In this document: positions 26,141-37,697 of the stretch, one piece after another
Numbering within the stretch: position 1 is the first letter of the stretch
Layout: every line of letters starts with the position of its first letter
Source of the DNA: Eledone cirrhosa
Lineage: Eukaryota
Direction of reading: 5' to 3'
DNA: 64,000 nt
Assembly (NCBI GenBank): GCA_964016885.1
Contig: OZ024742.1
Location: 88,970,001 to 89,034,000, forward strand
Notes under the pieces: model-generated
What the model saw: only the letters and a program-made list of their open reading frames with translations
Told to the model about the DNA's origin: nothing
The model's database searches: none
Made by a program: the position numbers and the translations under genes

Positions 26141-28164
26141 GTGCAGAGATTTAAAAGTCCAAATAGCGCTTACGTAACTTTTTTATTTTCAAATAGTTCT
26201 AAAATCTCTTCTACATTTTAGGTATAAAATTATTTTGTCGTACTATTGCATTAATATTTATATAATAATGCAGAATGGCTATTTGTAAAGAAGGCAAAAG
26301 TAAAGTAGTAATTCAGGTTTATTTTTAATCATTTATCCAACAAATCCTCCTCCACGTGCTTAGATTATCCTTCTGAGCATATCATACATTTTTTACTATA
26401 TCCTAAGAAAATTATACTAACATACTAGTAACTTACGAACGAAATTTATTTAAATTGTTTGGTGAACATATATTAGTATGAACCAGTCATATGCTGAATG
26501 TAATCCCAAAAGTATAGCTCAAAACTACCGTGTTAAATTAACAGAAATTCGTGCGAGCAAAATACCAATGTTGTCTGGCTTAGATTCGTACTGCCGGCCC
26601 ATTAATTAGTAACCAGATTACACAAACAATTTCAGTCAGAGTGAAAATATATTTTAGGCGTTTAATAGAAAGCAACTTTAGAACATAGGACGAAATATTG
26701 TGATATATTTTCTTTGCTTGCACTCTTTATTCAAATCATCCCTCCTTTATCGTAAAGTCAATAATTAAAATATAAGTCAAATTTTCTTTCTATATCTCCA
26801 TCCTCTTATTCCTCTCCCATTGTTCTGTGTGAAGAATTGAAAGGCATCAGCCACAGCATTCCTTTCTCCAGAACTGAAGATATGTTAGGTTAGCGACTAA
26901 CAACTAATTCTAATAAAACAAAACTACTGGATAGGTTTAAGTACGGAACAAGATAGAAGATGAAAAAAGATGAAGAATACGGTGCTTGGCACATTGTGGT
27001 ATTTCATTACCTCACTTTATGTTTTGAGTTCAAATCCTCCTAACGCCCTCTTTACTTTGCATTTTTCCAAGATTATTTTAAATACAAGTTAAAGACTATG
27101 CTTGATTAAATTGCCTTCTGAAAGAAAAAAAAAATGAATATCCACGTGCCAAATCTAGAAAACATTATTATCATTTTCATTGTTGTTGTTCTTGTGCATG
27201 TTCTTTCTCTTCGTTTGCTTTTCCCGTGTAAACTATTCACGTTTGCACCTCGTATTTCCTTCTTTTTTTTTCTACTTACTGACATTCCTTAATTGATGTT
27301 GTCACGCATACTAAGGCACACAGAGCAGCAGAGAAATGTCATACATATACACATTCTCTCACTTACACTAGAACACGTCTTCATATATACATTCCACACA
27401 AACACTCACATATACAAATTAGGAAGGCACATGCACACACGCACACATTTCATGCGCACTTATACATAACATAATGCATACAAATCGACACAAGACGCCA
27501 CGCACACGTGCAACAAATAATACAAGCATACTCGCGCTCATACTCTCACACACACTCACTCATATATACACAAATGTTTACAGATATGCAGTCACATACA
27601 GTAACACATATACACGCTAAATCGCGCATACACACAAATACACTTCACATCGACACCAATACATACTATACGAATAAAAGATAAGCACATACATACACGC
27701 CGCATGTATAGAGCGCAAAAAATCATTAACACATACATATATTTGCTTAAGCTGTTACACATGTTCCTTGACAAACAGCCATACATATAAACATACACAA
27801 ACATTCATACACACGAACACAGACACTAGCACACTTTAAACAGAAACACGCGACTAATCAATTGAATAGATTTTTATACTATCTGAAAGACTTTTGTCGT
27901 GAAGTAAAAAAGAACGTTTATGGTCCATATTACAGTTGCCAATGAGAACTATGTTTCTAAGATGTTACACGCAAGCATGAACATTCGATTATACTTGTTA
28001 GTAAATACTATCCTCTCCGATCATTTTTTTTTTTTATTACTTATTGATTTTAATATTACTCATTTATTAATATAGTTTTGTTTTTTTGTATCCTTTCGGT
28101 TTCAGTTTGTGAACTAATACACATCAGACTTGCATAAATTCTGCCAGTTGTTATTGTGAAAGAC

Positions 28165-28890
28165 ACACGGTTAACCCTGATTGTGTAGACTACATAATAG
28201 ACCTATAATCATAGGTTTTCCAACTCTGACCAGACTGTTACATTTCAATGACTTTTCTTTTATCTAACATGTATTTTCTCTTTAAAGAATTTTCAGATAT
28301 TATTTTTAAGTATCAGTTGCTACGTCTAGCATGTCGGGTGACCTCTTAGAATATCCTTCCTAACAGGCATGCTGTTATTATTGGTGGCGGTAGTGGTTGT
28401 TTTGGGGTGGTCGTCGTGTGTTTGAGCTCATGATTAAACTTAACTCTGAGCAATAGTCTGAACTACTCCAGCCTAGATCAAACCATTTATAAAACCAATG
28501 GCTAGTAGTTCATACATTTAGTAAATTGTGGTTGCTAAATATTGTTTCACCCTAGTTGAACCCTGATTGAACAGAGATATTATCATGGACGTTCAAAACA
28601 TGAATACCTCGGCATTTTAATATAGGAAAGTCATTATCTATAATGCCCTTCTATTTTTAATATTGCAGGAATGTATTGAGAAAATTTGAATGCAATTCTA
28701 AGTAGAAAGTCACTTATATTAAATTGTTATTGTTGTTATTTGAAGTGGTAGTGGTGGGGAGTGATGATGATGCTGGTGGTGATGGTGAGAGTAGTGCAGG
28801 TTGTAATGGTGGTAGTGTTGAATCTAAAGTCAAACCTGATCGAGTTTATAATATCATCATCTGAATTCAAACCATGACCATCCATCTAGC
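28165..28890 (+). repeat. Cluster of old dispersed-repeat (SINE-like) fragments separated by (GGT/GTT)n
   Basis: Recurrent AACCCTGATT(G)...TCCA..C.TGACCA motif at ~28170, ~28555 and ~28830; 28315-28350 matches the reverse complement of the minisatellite unit. Confidence 0.5.
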
Positions 28891-29800
28891 AAACACTATC
28901 GTTGCAAGATCAAAAATTCAAGAAATTGTTATTGATGTTGATGTTGTATCACTCTGAGTCATAACTGAGAGAGCTTTTCCGTGGAAACAAAAAGCTGATT
29001 TTCTAATTCAGGCTGGATAAATTTTCGATCTTCCTGTAAAATTATATGCATTTCTAAGCTAGAAGAAAATTACTGAATGAAAGGTAATGCATTTCACAAC
29101 AAACTCATGGGAGTTGCCTTCATCTATATCTACTGCAGATCTCGCAACAAGCAATTCGGTTATCAATAATGAAGTTCACGTAGTAATGGAAAATAGGTTC
29201 TGGATATTCCGAGAATGTTACCTAAAATAAATTGCCTTATCCTGATTTTATTATATCTCTTACTCTCTCGACGCTATTGAATAAGGAATTAAGATCTAGA
29301 TTTACAAACTACTGTTAGTTGTTGTTACATTTATAACTTTTAGCATCAATTTCAGTGTCCGTTTAAGATTTTCCGAATAGGAGAAGCGAGCAGCAGCCAA
29401 TACACAGCATTGGAAAATATTCTAATTCAAATGGATATATTTCCATTCATATATTTACAACACCAATTGGCAACTGGTTTAATAGTTTTAATAACATACA
29501 TACACCTGCAGACTATGCATACCGGGGACACGTGTAATCACAGAAGAAGAAACTACAACTTATATATATATATTCCGTATAAAATATCTGCTAGAAATGC
29601 CCATTTGCATATAATGCGTGCTAGACTGTCTATGATTAATTAAAAATCAAGGCCACTAACTTAAACGAGATTCATATTACATGTGTATTTGAAGGCATAT
29701 ATATTTGTGTACATTTAATATATATAATTCTCCATCTTATATTTAGTCTGCAAAAATATGTATAAGCCATAGCTTAATCTTGTCTCATTACCGTGTGAGT

Positions 29801-29851
29801 AAACATCACTGATGATGGACAAAAATCTAGAAATACTACTGCATGATATTT
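29801..29851 (+). ncRNA. Degenerate type-I hammerhead ribozyme motif
   Basis: AAACATCA-CTGATGA-TGGAcaaaaaTCTA-GAAA-TActacTG-CA-TGATATTT; cleavage triplet reads GCA instead of GUH. Confidence 0.5.
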
Positions 29852-30053
29852 CATTACCTTTTCATTAATTTTTCATTTATTCTCTATTTATTATTTATTT
29901 TCTGTTTTCTTCATTTTATTGCCTTCTATTTTTTCATATGCATGGCAGAACACCCCCACCACCACCACCACGGGAGATGGTGGCAGGATGGCAGGAGGGA
30001 TGAAGAAACACACACTCAGATACTTCTAAATTGTCAGCAGCAGCAAGACATAA

Positions 30054-30488
30054 GCTGACCACAACACCAACAACACTACCAAAATAAGGGTAGAGGTCAG
30101 ATGTACTTAACAATAGCAAACACAAACACCACAGGGAGCCTCACCCCAGAAAGAATTTCTATAGACTTTGGACTGAGGAATGCTCTCAAAACTGACCAAT
30201 GGGAGGCTTGACCCATCAAATCTTTATAACCTTGAGATGGGTATAACACACACACACATTTTATTCGATTATTTTATTTTATTTTGTTCCTTTACCATCT
30301 TATTCCTTCTACCACTTTATCACCTTTTTGTTTTAGCTGACTCCAACAACAACACCACTACCAACATAAGAATAGAGGTCAGATGTACCTAACAATAACA
30401 AAAACAACAACTACAGATTGGCTTGCCTCAGAACGAATTTCAATATACTTTTGACTGAGGAATGTTCTAACAACTGACCAATGAGAGG
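30054..30488 (+). repeat. ~150-bp diverged direct repeat (30054-30206 and 30337-30488)
   Basis: GCTGAC..TAGAGGTCAGATGTAC.TAACAATA..GACTGAGGAATG..AACTGACCAATG in both copies. Confidence 0.8.
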
Positions 30489-30645
30489 AGAAGAGGCCTT
30501 TTGACGCTGAAATTCGTTTGTTTACATTCATATGATTCTAGTTCCTTAGTGAAATAACAATCAAACAGGAACTGGGCATATCAGAGTATTGACAAAGTTA
30601 TACACCTCAACAACATGTGTACTCATCTCTACCACACTAATTCGG

Positions 30646-30703
30646 ACTGCCTGAAGAGGTAACAGCCAAAGATGGTGGTTGTCACTGAAATATATATAGC
30701 AGT
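30646..30703 (+). ncRNA. Type-I hammerhead ribozyme motif (Penelope-type, palindromic stem III)
   Basis: Stem I ACTGC/GCAGT; core CTGAAGA; stem II GGTAACAGCCA/TGGTTGTCACT; GAAA; stem III ATATATAT; AUA triplet. Confidence 0.85.
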
Positions 30704-30749
30704 AATAAACGAAGCCAAATTTTAAACATTTGACTTATTTATTTTATTT

Positions 30750-30801
<52 letters not shown>

Positions 30802-31135
30802 ACTAGAAATTGATTGACATATATATATATATCTAAAATAAACACATGAAACAATCACAGGGGATAATTTGTAAAGTGTGTAGGCACACATAGCTAGGTA
30901 AGTAACTAATTAAAATTTAACTAGAACTTCAAATATTTTAAAGTGATTAATCTTCCTTGTATATAATTTCATTAAAGAAATATATTTCACCATTAATCTG
31001 TAAATCACAGTAGTCAAATCGTGGATTTTCAACAAGGGAGAAAATTTAACTATCTGTGTTTACACAGCAAATGCAAATCTGCGAATGACCCGCTGCACGT
31101 GTTGCATTTTTTTAAGAATACACACATCGTACCAG

Positions 31136-31841
31136 CGATGATCGATTACATAGATCGAGTTTTAGCCATACTCTCACGGTATAAAATAGCGCTATAAGGT
31201 TTCACCTACAATTCCATCTGTGTACATATTATTCTACCGTGTTTCTTTTACGATATATGACTCATTCTCTCTCTATATATAAACATATATCTTTTAATTT
31301 GGGTATTATGGCTCTAGATAAAGTCTTACTTATTGAAAAACACAAAATTCTAAACATATTTGATATGTTTGATTCATCATTTGTATTTAATGGCTCCGAA
31401 CCTCATAATCTGTTGAGCTCGGTGACTATAGTCACTGCTCCTATTTCTAGTGGTATTATCATTCACCTTGTGGATATCTATTCGCCATAGGTTTAACGTC
31501 ATTTCACCATGTGCTTATCAGCATGGTGGACGCTTTGGACTTAGCTGTGGATATTCCCAGGTATATAATTGATTTACCATCTTCATTCTCTATTTCCCTC
31601 ACAATGGTGAGACTAGAGTCTCATGTGGTTCAATCATAATCGATAGTTTGTCTTCGATGATCGATTACATAGATTAGGCAAACTCTCTAGGTATGAAATA
31701 GCACTAAGGTTTCACTTACGATTCCATCTGTGTACAAATTCTTCTACAGAATATGTATTCGGTATATATATACAATATACCGTGTTTCATTTACGATATA
31801 TGACTCTTTCTCTATATATAAACATATATATTTTAATTTGG

Positions 31842-31845
<4 letters not shown>
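31136..31845. repeat. ~170-190-bp diverged direct repeats flanking ~350 bp
   Basis: CGATGATCGATTACATAGAT..AAGGTTTCAC.TAC.ATTCCATCTGTGTACA..TTACGATATATGACTC at 31136 and 31656. Confidence 0.8.
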
Positions 31846-31883
<38 letters not shown>

Positions 31884-31885
31884 AT

Positions 31886-31969
31886 TGTTACACCTGGGGA
31901 GGGTCATATTGTTGTAATAATATTCCCAGAAATATTATTACAACAATATGACCCTCCCCAAGTGTAACA
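31886..31969. repeat. ~40-bp-arm palindrome inserted in (TA)n
   Basis: TGTTACACCTGGGGAGGGTCATATTGTTGTAATAATATT / AATATTATTACAACAATATGACCCTCCCCAAGTGTAACA. Confidence 0.9.
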
Positions 31970-32011
31970 CTATTTGTTTCGACACACGATTTCATATCAA
32001 AAACCCCGCAA

Positions 32012-32065
<54 letters not shown>

Positions 32066-32071
32066 TATATA

Positions 32072-32408
32072 TCATGGTCGGGTCGCCGGTAACTAAACCG
32101 GCAACCCCACCAAGCTTGCTTGGTGTGGAGGGTGATATTTGGACACCCTACGGGATGAAATACAAGAACCGGCAAAGGGCGGTGGAACTCAGCAGAATCA
32201 AACGACATCCAACTCTGAAAAAAAACCTGTGGCTTCGGAAGCATCCGATGATGTTGACCAGTTCTCCTTTTCGGGTAGTGTTTTAAATGCTCAGAGAGTG
32301 GGATTGGTCGAGAGCAAGGGTTTCCCCCACTTAACAAATCTTCAAAGCACAGGCATTGCTTGTTCAGATTTGTTACAAGCGATTCTAATGCAGAGTTTGC
32401 CGCCATCA
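32072..32408 (+). mobile_element. Non-autonomous retroelement, probably RTE-derived; internally deleted relative to the 36110 copy
   Basis: Shares CATGGTCGGGTCG..ACTAAACCGGCAACCCCACCAAG..GGACACCCT and CAGAGAGTGGGATTGG..CACAGGCATT with 36110-36737. Confidence 0.6.
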
Positions 32409-32415
32409 TATATAT

Positions 32416-32459
<44 letters not shown>

Positions 32460-33501
32460 ACAAGCCTGGAATTTATTCAGGAAATTCGCTTCCCGTTCAT
32501 GATGTCAGAGAATTCATTTTGGGCAAGTGACTTTTAACATAGCAGGAACTGAATGCTCATCGTCGAATCCGTTGAGAATCCATCGAGTATATGTTTTTAT
32601 TGATAGTAATTATCGATAAGCAAAATGATTTATATAGTTTCACTAGTTTTATACGGTAGTCCACTCAAGTGTTGTCATTGCTTTTGAACAGGAAAGGACA
32701 AGAAAAAAGAGAACAAAATCATTCCTGATGTGTTATGTGTTCAACTTTAATCAATGACTTTATAATCTACTACTGATAGGTAAGTGTCCTTGACTGAACT
32801 TCGATTAGTTTATTCAAATAAGTCAATCGATTAGTTTTGCTGGGAAGCTATTTTTCATTATCATCTTCTCTGTGTATAATGCCCTGTAAGCCTTTGATAA
32901 TTGTGGCTGTGTTTGAAAGAGACGGAGCTGTAAACTGGCAACAAAACAACATCTACTTTAGTTTATCGAATTTGTGAATATAAGTGACGAAGTTATACTG
33001 ATCTGGGTGTTTTATTTCAACCACTACAATAGATTACTAAATAGTGGCTAAATTGAAAGCAGAATTTGATCAGTGAAATTATGTTTCCAATTAAATTTGA
33101 ACAACTTTGGTCATTTGACCAATATGGCTACCAGCCAACCGTTTTCAATCTACATATTATTTTCTCTATGTTTGTTTTATCTCTGAAGGTCTAAATGATA
33201 TTTCTTGTTCCATACACCTAATATGTGGTTTCTCCTAAGTTTTTTTTTCATTTTTTGCATTGTGAAATATTCTAGGAGAGTGTTTGTCTACCTTGTTGGA
33301 CACCGTGACCCTGCATGGATCAGCAGTGCCATCGTTTGAGATCAAAATTATGTACGACAATTTGAATGACCTATGACCGCGGGATGTTTTTACCAGTGTC
33401 AATTTTGTATTATTTTTGGTGACGGTGACGCGCACAACTCCCCTCCTCATTTTTTCAGTTGTATTATATTACATATGTATATATATTATATATATATATA
33501 T

Positions 33502-33668
33502 AGGGTGGTGAATTGGCAGTATCGGTAGAGGGTTGGACATGCTTTCCAGCATAGTTACGATCTGAGTTCAAATCCCGCCAAGGTTAACTTTGCCTTTCAA
33601 CCTTACCGGGTCGATAAAATAAAGTACCAGTAATGTACTGGGTAATTGCTGGCCTTGTGCAAATAATT
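33502..33668 (+). mobile_element. tRNA-derived SINE in (TA)n
   Basis: Family match. Confidence 0.9.
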
Positions 33669-33914
33669 ATATTATATATATATACATTTATTTATTTATA
33701 TGAGGGTGTGTTCGTGTCTTTACATATGTGTGTGTGCGTGTGTATATTGAGCAATATAAATTGTAGTCTCTGGTTTTCTTAATGAGATCCGATTATATCC
33801 GTATTTTTGTTTTATACAATTTATGATTAAGAAAACACAATGTAGTTTACAAATGGCAATTTATTCGAAAGCTTTACGATGTTTTTCAGGGCATAAAACT
33901 GTTGTTTGGTTTGG

Positions 33915-34200
33915 CCTGCACCCACTCTCATGCCACCAGAGCACAGGCTGGTTTCCCCGACATGCTGCTCTAACGTCAGGCTGAGGGGGAACCTGGATAC
34001 AGCTGGCTTCCCATCACAACTGTAGCCAGTAGACTTCGACCGCGAAGACGGCAAGCACCCCGACGGAATGACCCTCATGCTATTTGAAAGAGGTAAATCC
34101 CTCATCTAGAATTCGACATGCTGTGACATGTTATCCACCTCCAGCTTAGTCGCTTCGGCCACAAACCTCGCACACACGCTTCTGCCACAAACCCGCAATG
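33915..34200 (+). mobile_element. CRE-clade fragment
   Basis: AGFPSQL*PVDFDREDGKHPDGMTL..ERGKSLI, homologous to the minus-strand ORF at 3086-3286. Confidence 0.7.
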
Positions 34201-35471
34201 CTAACAATATTGGATATAGTCAAATCGTGTATCTTTACGTGGGAGAGGTGACATGCTGCTAAATAACGACACTAGATGGAGATTAATTAGTTAGGGTTGT
34301 ACCTAATTACTCACCTTACTTACTAGTTTTAAGTTTCTATTTGATTGGACTTTGAATTAGTCAGTCAGGGTACATTTTATTGAAGGCGTTTGTCATAATT
34401 ATGTAGTTGTAAAGATTTCTTTATCTGTTTTTCTTTTTTTTAAATATTTATTATATTTTATGCGCTGTCATTAGCTAGCGCATTTGACTGGGATCTTACA
34501 CCAGTCACAGATCATTGACCATTGTTACATGTCCAGTGTTATTTAATCCGATTTACTTTCAGTTATCAACTACTATTATAGATTATAATGACTATATCTT
34601 CAAATTTCATCTTTCCCAATGCTTTGGAAGTTTAAACCCATTATAACAATAAATGAAATCCAATAGTATTTTTATTTAATATGCAAAATATTACGCTGGA
34701 GTATTTTCCCTCAGCCATATCATTAGAAAAAGCAATTAGAAATATTTGAGTTGATTAAAAAATGATATCTCTCGATGAGTAATATTTTAATTCATCCGTT
34801 AAGTATATAAGGAAATATGTTTCGACTTTATTTTCCTCAGTGAAGCATAGAGCTCACAATTCTTGTTATATTGATGAGTGAATCTTGTTGTATTGATTAG
34901 TAAATATCCAATATTCTATAGGAGTTTGTATAGAAATTATCTAATTCTAGAGAATAAATCACAGAAATAAACTGCGGAGAATGAAAGTCATGAAAATGAA
35001 GTATCCTTGGTGGGTGGTGTATGTAAGAAAAAGAAAGTAAGAATAAATAAAAACTATAGGAAGAGATGATGGAAGAAAAAATAGGAAGAATATTTAAGTG
35101 AGTGAATGTGAGAGAATATGAGATGTCTGTGAAGGAGTAATTCAGAAATATAAAAGAGAGAAGAGAGCAAGTCAGAGATAAAGGAAGAAGTGAGTAGACA
35201 GGTTAAGAGAAGAAGTTCAGAAAAAGAGGGACAAATGGACAAAAGCAGATATATAGAGAGAGTTGAAGAGGGGGAAACAAAGAAAAGAGAGGGAACAAGA
35301 GAGAGAGAGGGGAGAGAGAGAACAAGAAAAGGAAGTTAAGAGAAATGTGAAAAAATATTAGGTAATGAGAGGTGAATAAACCTGAGGAATAAGAGAAAAA
35401 GAAAGGAAAGCTAATCCAGAGACATGGAGAGACGCAAAGGTAAGGAGGTTAGACAGATAGACAAACAGATG

Positions 35472-35541
<70 letters not shown>

Positions 35542-35696
35542 GAGGTTATATTTAATTTGTTGGAATTCAAGAAGCTTAAAATTTTATTTTTATTTTTATA
35601 ACTGATTTAAAGCACTCAACATTTAAGTGGAGTTATATATTAATAAATGGAGTTATATATTAATAAATGGAAACTATATTTATAAAACCATAATTA

Positions 35697-35758
35697 TTTT
35701 ATTATATATATTTCAAGGTCAACCAAGGCAAATTTTGGTGCGCTTTCATCAGATAAAA
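35697..35758 (-). ncRNA. Type-I hammerhead ribozyme motif (Penelope-type)
   Basis: Minus strand: TTTTAT-CTGATGA-AAGcgcACCAA..TTGGTtgacCTT-GAAA-TATATAT-A-ATAAAA. Confidence 0.75.
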
Positions 35759-36042
35759 TACAAATTTGTTTTATAAATATATATATATATAATGGGGTTG
35801 TGAGTGTGCATATAGAAAGTTGAAACGGATGGGCTTTCCCATTAACTATATTTATAAATACATACATAGTGTGTGTGCGCGCGCGGGAGTGTTTGCGTGT
35901 GTGGGTGTGTGTGTGTGTGTGTGTGTATTTGTGTGTATGCATGAGTGTGTATATAGTTAGAGGTAAGATTTGCAGTCTCAGTTACACACATTATATTTAT
36001 GCGGATATAACTTTAATATATATACACACACACATACACACT

Positions 36043-36109
<67 letters not shown>

Positions 36110-36112
<3 letters not shown>

Positions 36113-36737
36113 GTCGGGTCACTCTTGAGTGCTACTGGTAACATGTAACCCAGTACAGCCTGTCGCATGGTCGGGTCGTCGCGACTAAACCGGCAACCCC
36201 ACCAAGTTCACTTAGTGAGGAGGGTGATTTTGGACACCCTGCAGGACAAAAAACAAAACCTGACAAAGGGCGAAAGAACTCATAAGAGTCAACAGCCATC
36301 CAAAAGCGTGTAAATATGTATATACACATGTAGATATGTATGTATATGCATATGTGTATATACATTGGTGCATGTGTATGTATATGCGCGGGGACATAGA
36401 AATAGTGGGGCTGGACACCCGATCACGCGGTTAAACCACTGGGAATGAAGGACCCCTAGCCTTTGTCAGGGCATTCTTCTAGGAGAAGGCAACTCGGGAA
36501 ACTGGGATAACTCCGATATAAAACCTGCGGCTCAGTAGTTACCGATGATGTTGATCTTTTCTTCTTTTCGTGTTATAGCTACTGTCTTTCAGAGAGTGGG
36601 ATTGGCTCAGTGCACAGTCTTTCCTCACTTTAAAAAACATCTTCCCGCACAGGCATTACACGATAGAATTAATTAATAATTATTAATAATGGTATATCGT
36701 GCAATGGCCATACTCGATAACGAGGCGGCAGCCATCA
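36110..36737 (+). mobile_element. Non-autonomous retroelement, probably RTE-derived, in (TA)n
   Basis: Homologous to 32072-32408; contains CAGGGCA..CTAGGAGAAGG..AAACC, which resembles RTE 5' regions (from recall). Confidence 0.55.
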
Positions 36738-36745
36738 TATATATA

Positions 36746-36812
<67 letters not shown>

Positions 36813-36819
36813 GTGTATC

Positions 36820-36893
<74 letters not shown>
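36820..36893 (+). repeat. (GATA)n microsatellite
   Basis: Direct observation. Confidence 0.95.
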
Positions 36894-36894
<1 letters not shown>

Positions 36895-37319
36895 GGAAAC
36901 CAACAGGATAGGGGGCGGGGCATATGAAAGAAAGGTTTCGTTTGGAACAGAAATAAAAATGAGAAACAAAAGAATGTTTGATAAAAGCTAAAAAGAAAAG
37001 TTATTTTTCCATTCTGACTCAGGCTGCCCCAACCAACCCACAAGATCACATTAAAACAAGAATTTCAGACAAAAACTACCCATAATTCATCAATTCTTGC
37101 TACAAAAGAAATCCACATTGCTGGGTGTCTAGAGAGTTCTTATTACTGGCATCTTGCTTTAGTTCTCTTATACTTTATTGTAAGCATGATAAATTGGTCA
37201 GGCTGAACATTCTTACTGATCTATTAATCATAAATACAGCTTTACTGTACAGCTACAACTGCACTTCTCTTATTACTGATGGTATCTCTCTATAACACTA
37301 TTTGTGTTGCGTAAGGTTT

Positions 37320-37610
37320 TCTTGCTGCTGCAGTTGTTGTTGTTTTTGTTGTTGCTGTTGTTACTGATGTTGCAGCAGCTGTCGTTGTTGTTGTTAGTGT
37401 TGCTGTTGTTACTGATGTTGCAGCTGCTGTCGTTGTTGTTATTGTTGCTGTTGTTACTGATGTTGCAGCTGCTGTCGTTGTTGTTATTATTGCTGTTGTT
37501 ACTGACGTTGCAGCTGCTGTCGTAGTTGTTGTTATTGTTGCTGTTGTTACTGATGTTGCAGCTGCTGTCGTTGTTGTTGTTATTGTTGCAGCTGCTTTCG
37601 TTGTTGTTAT
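37320..37610. repeat. (GTT/GCT)-based minisatellite, ~42-45 bp unit, ~6 copies
   Basis: Repeated GTTGCTGTTGTTACTGATGTTGCAGCTGCTGTCGTTGTTGTT. Confidence 0.85.
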
Positions 37611-37697
37611 ATAGACTCAGGTCAGCTCTGATCAAGCAGATTTGTCTATGATCATATGATCAAAGTTAAGTCCAGTATTTTTTTTTTTTTTTTTTTG

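Noticed and set aside
37273-37635. Asn/Ser-rich 120-aa ORF and its Leu-rich antisense ORF
   Set aside because: By-product of a trinucleotide-based minisatellite; no splice or domain evidence
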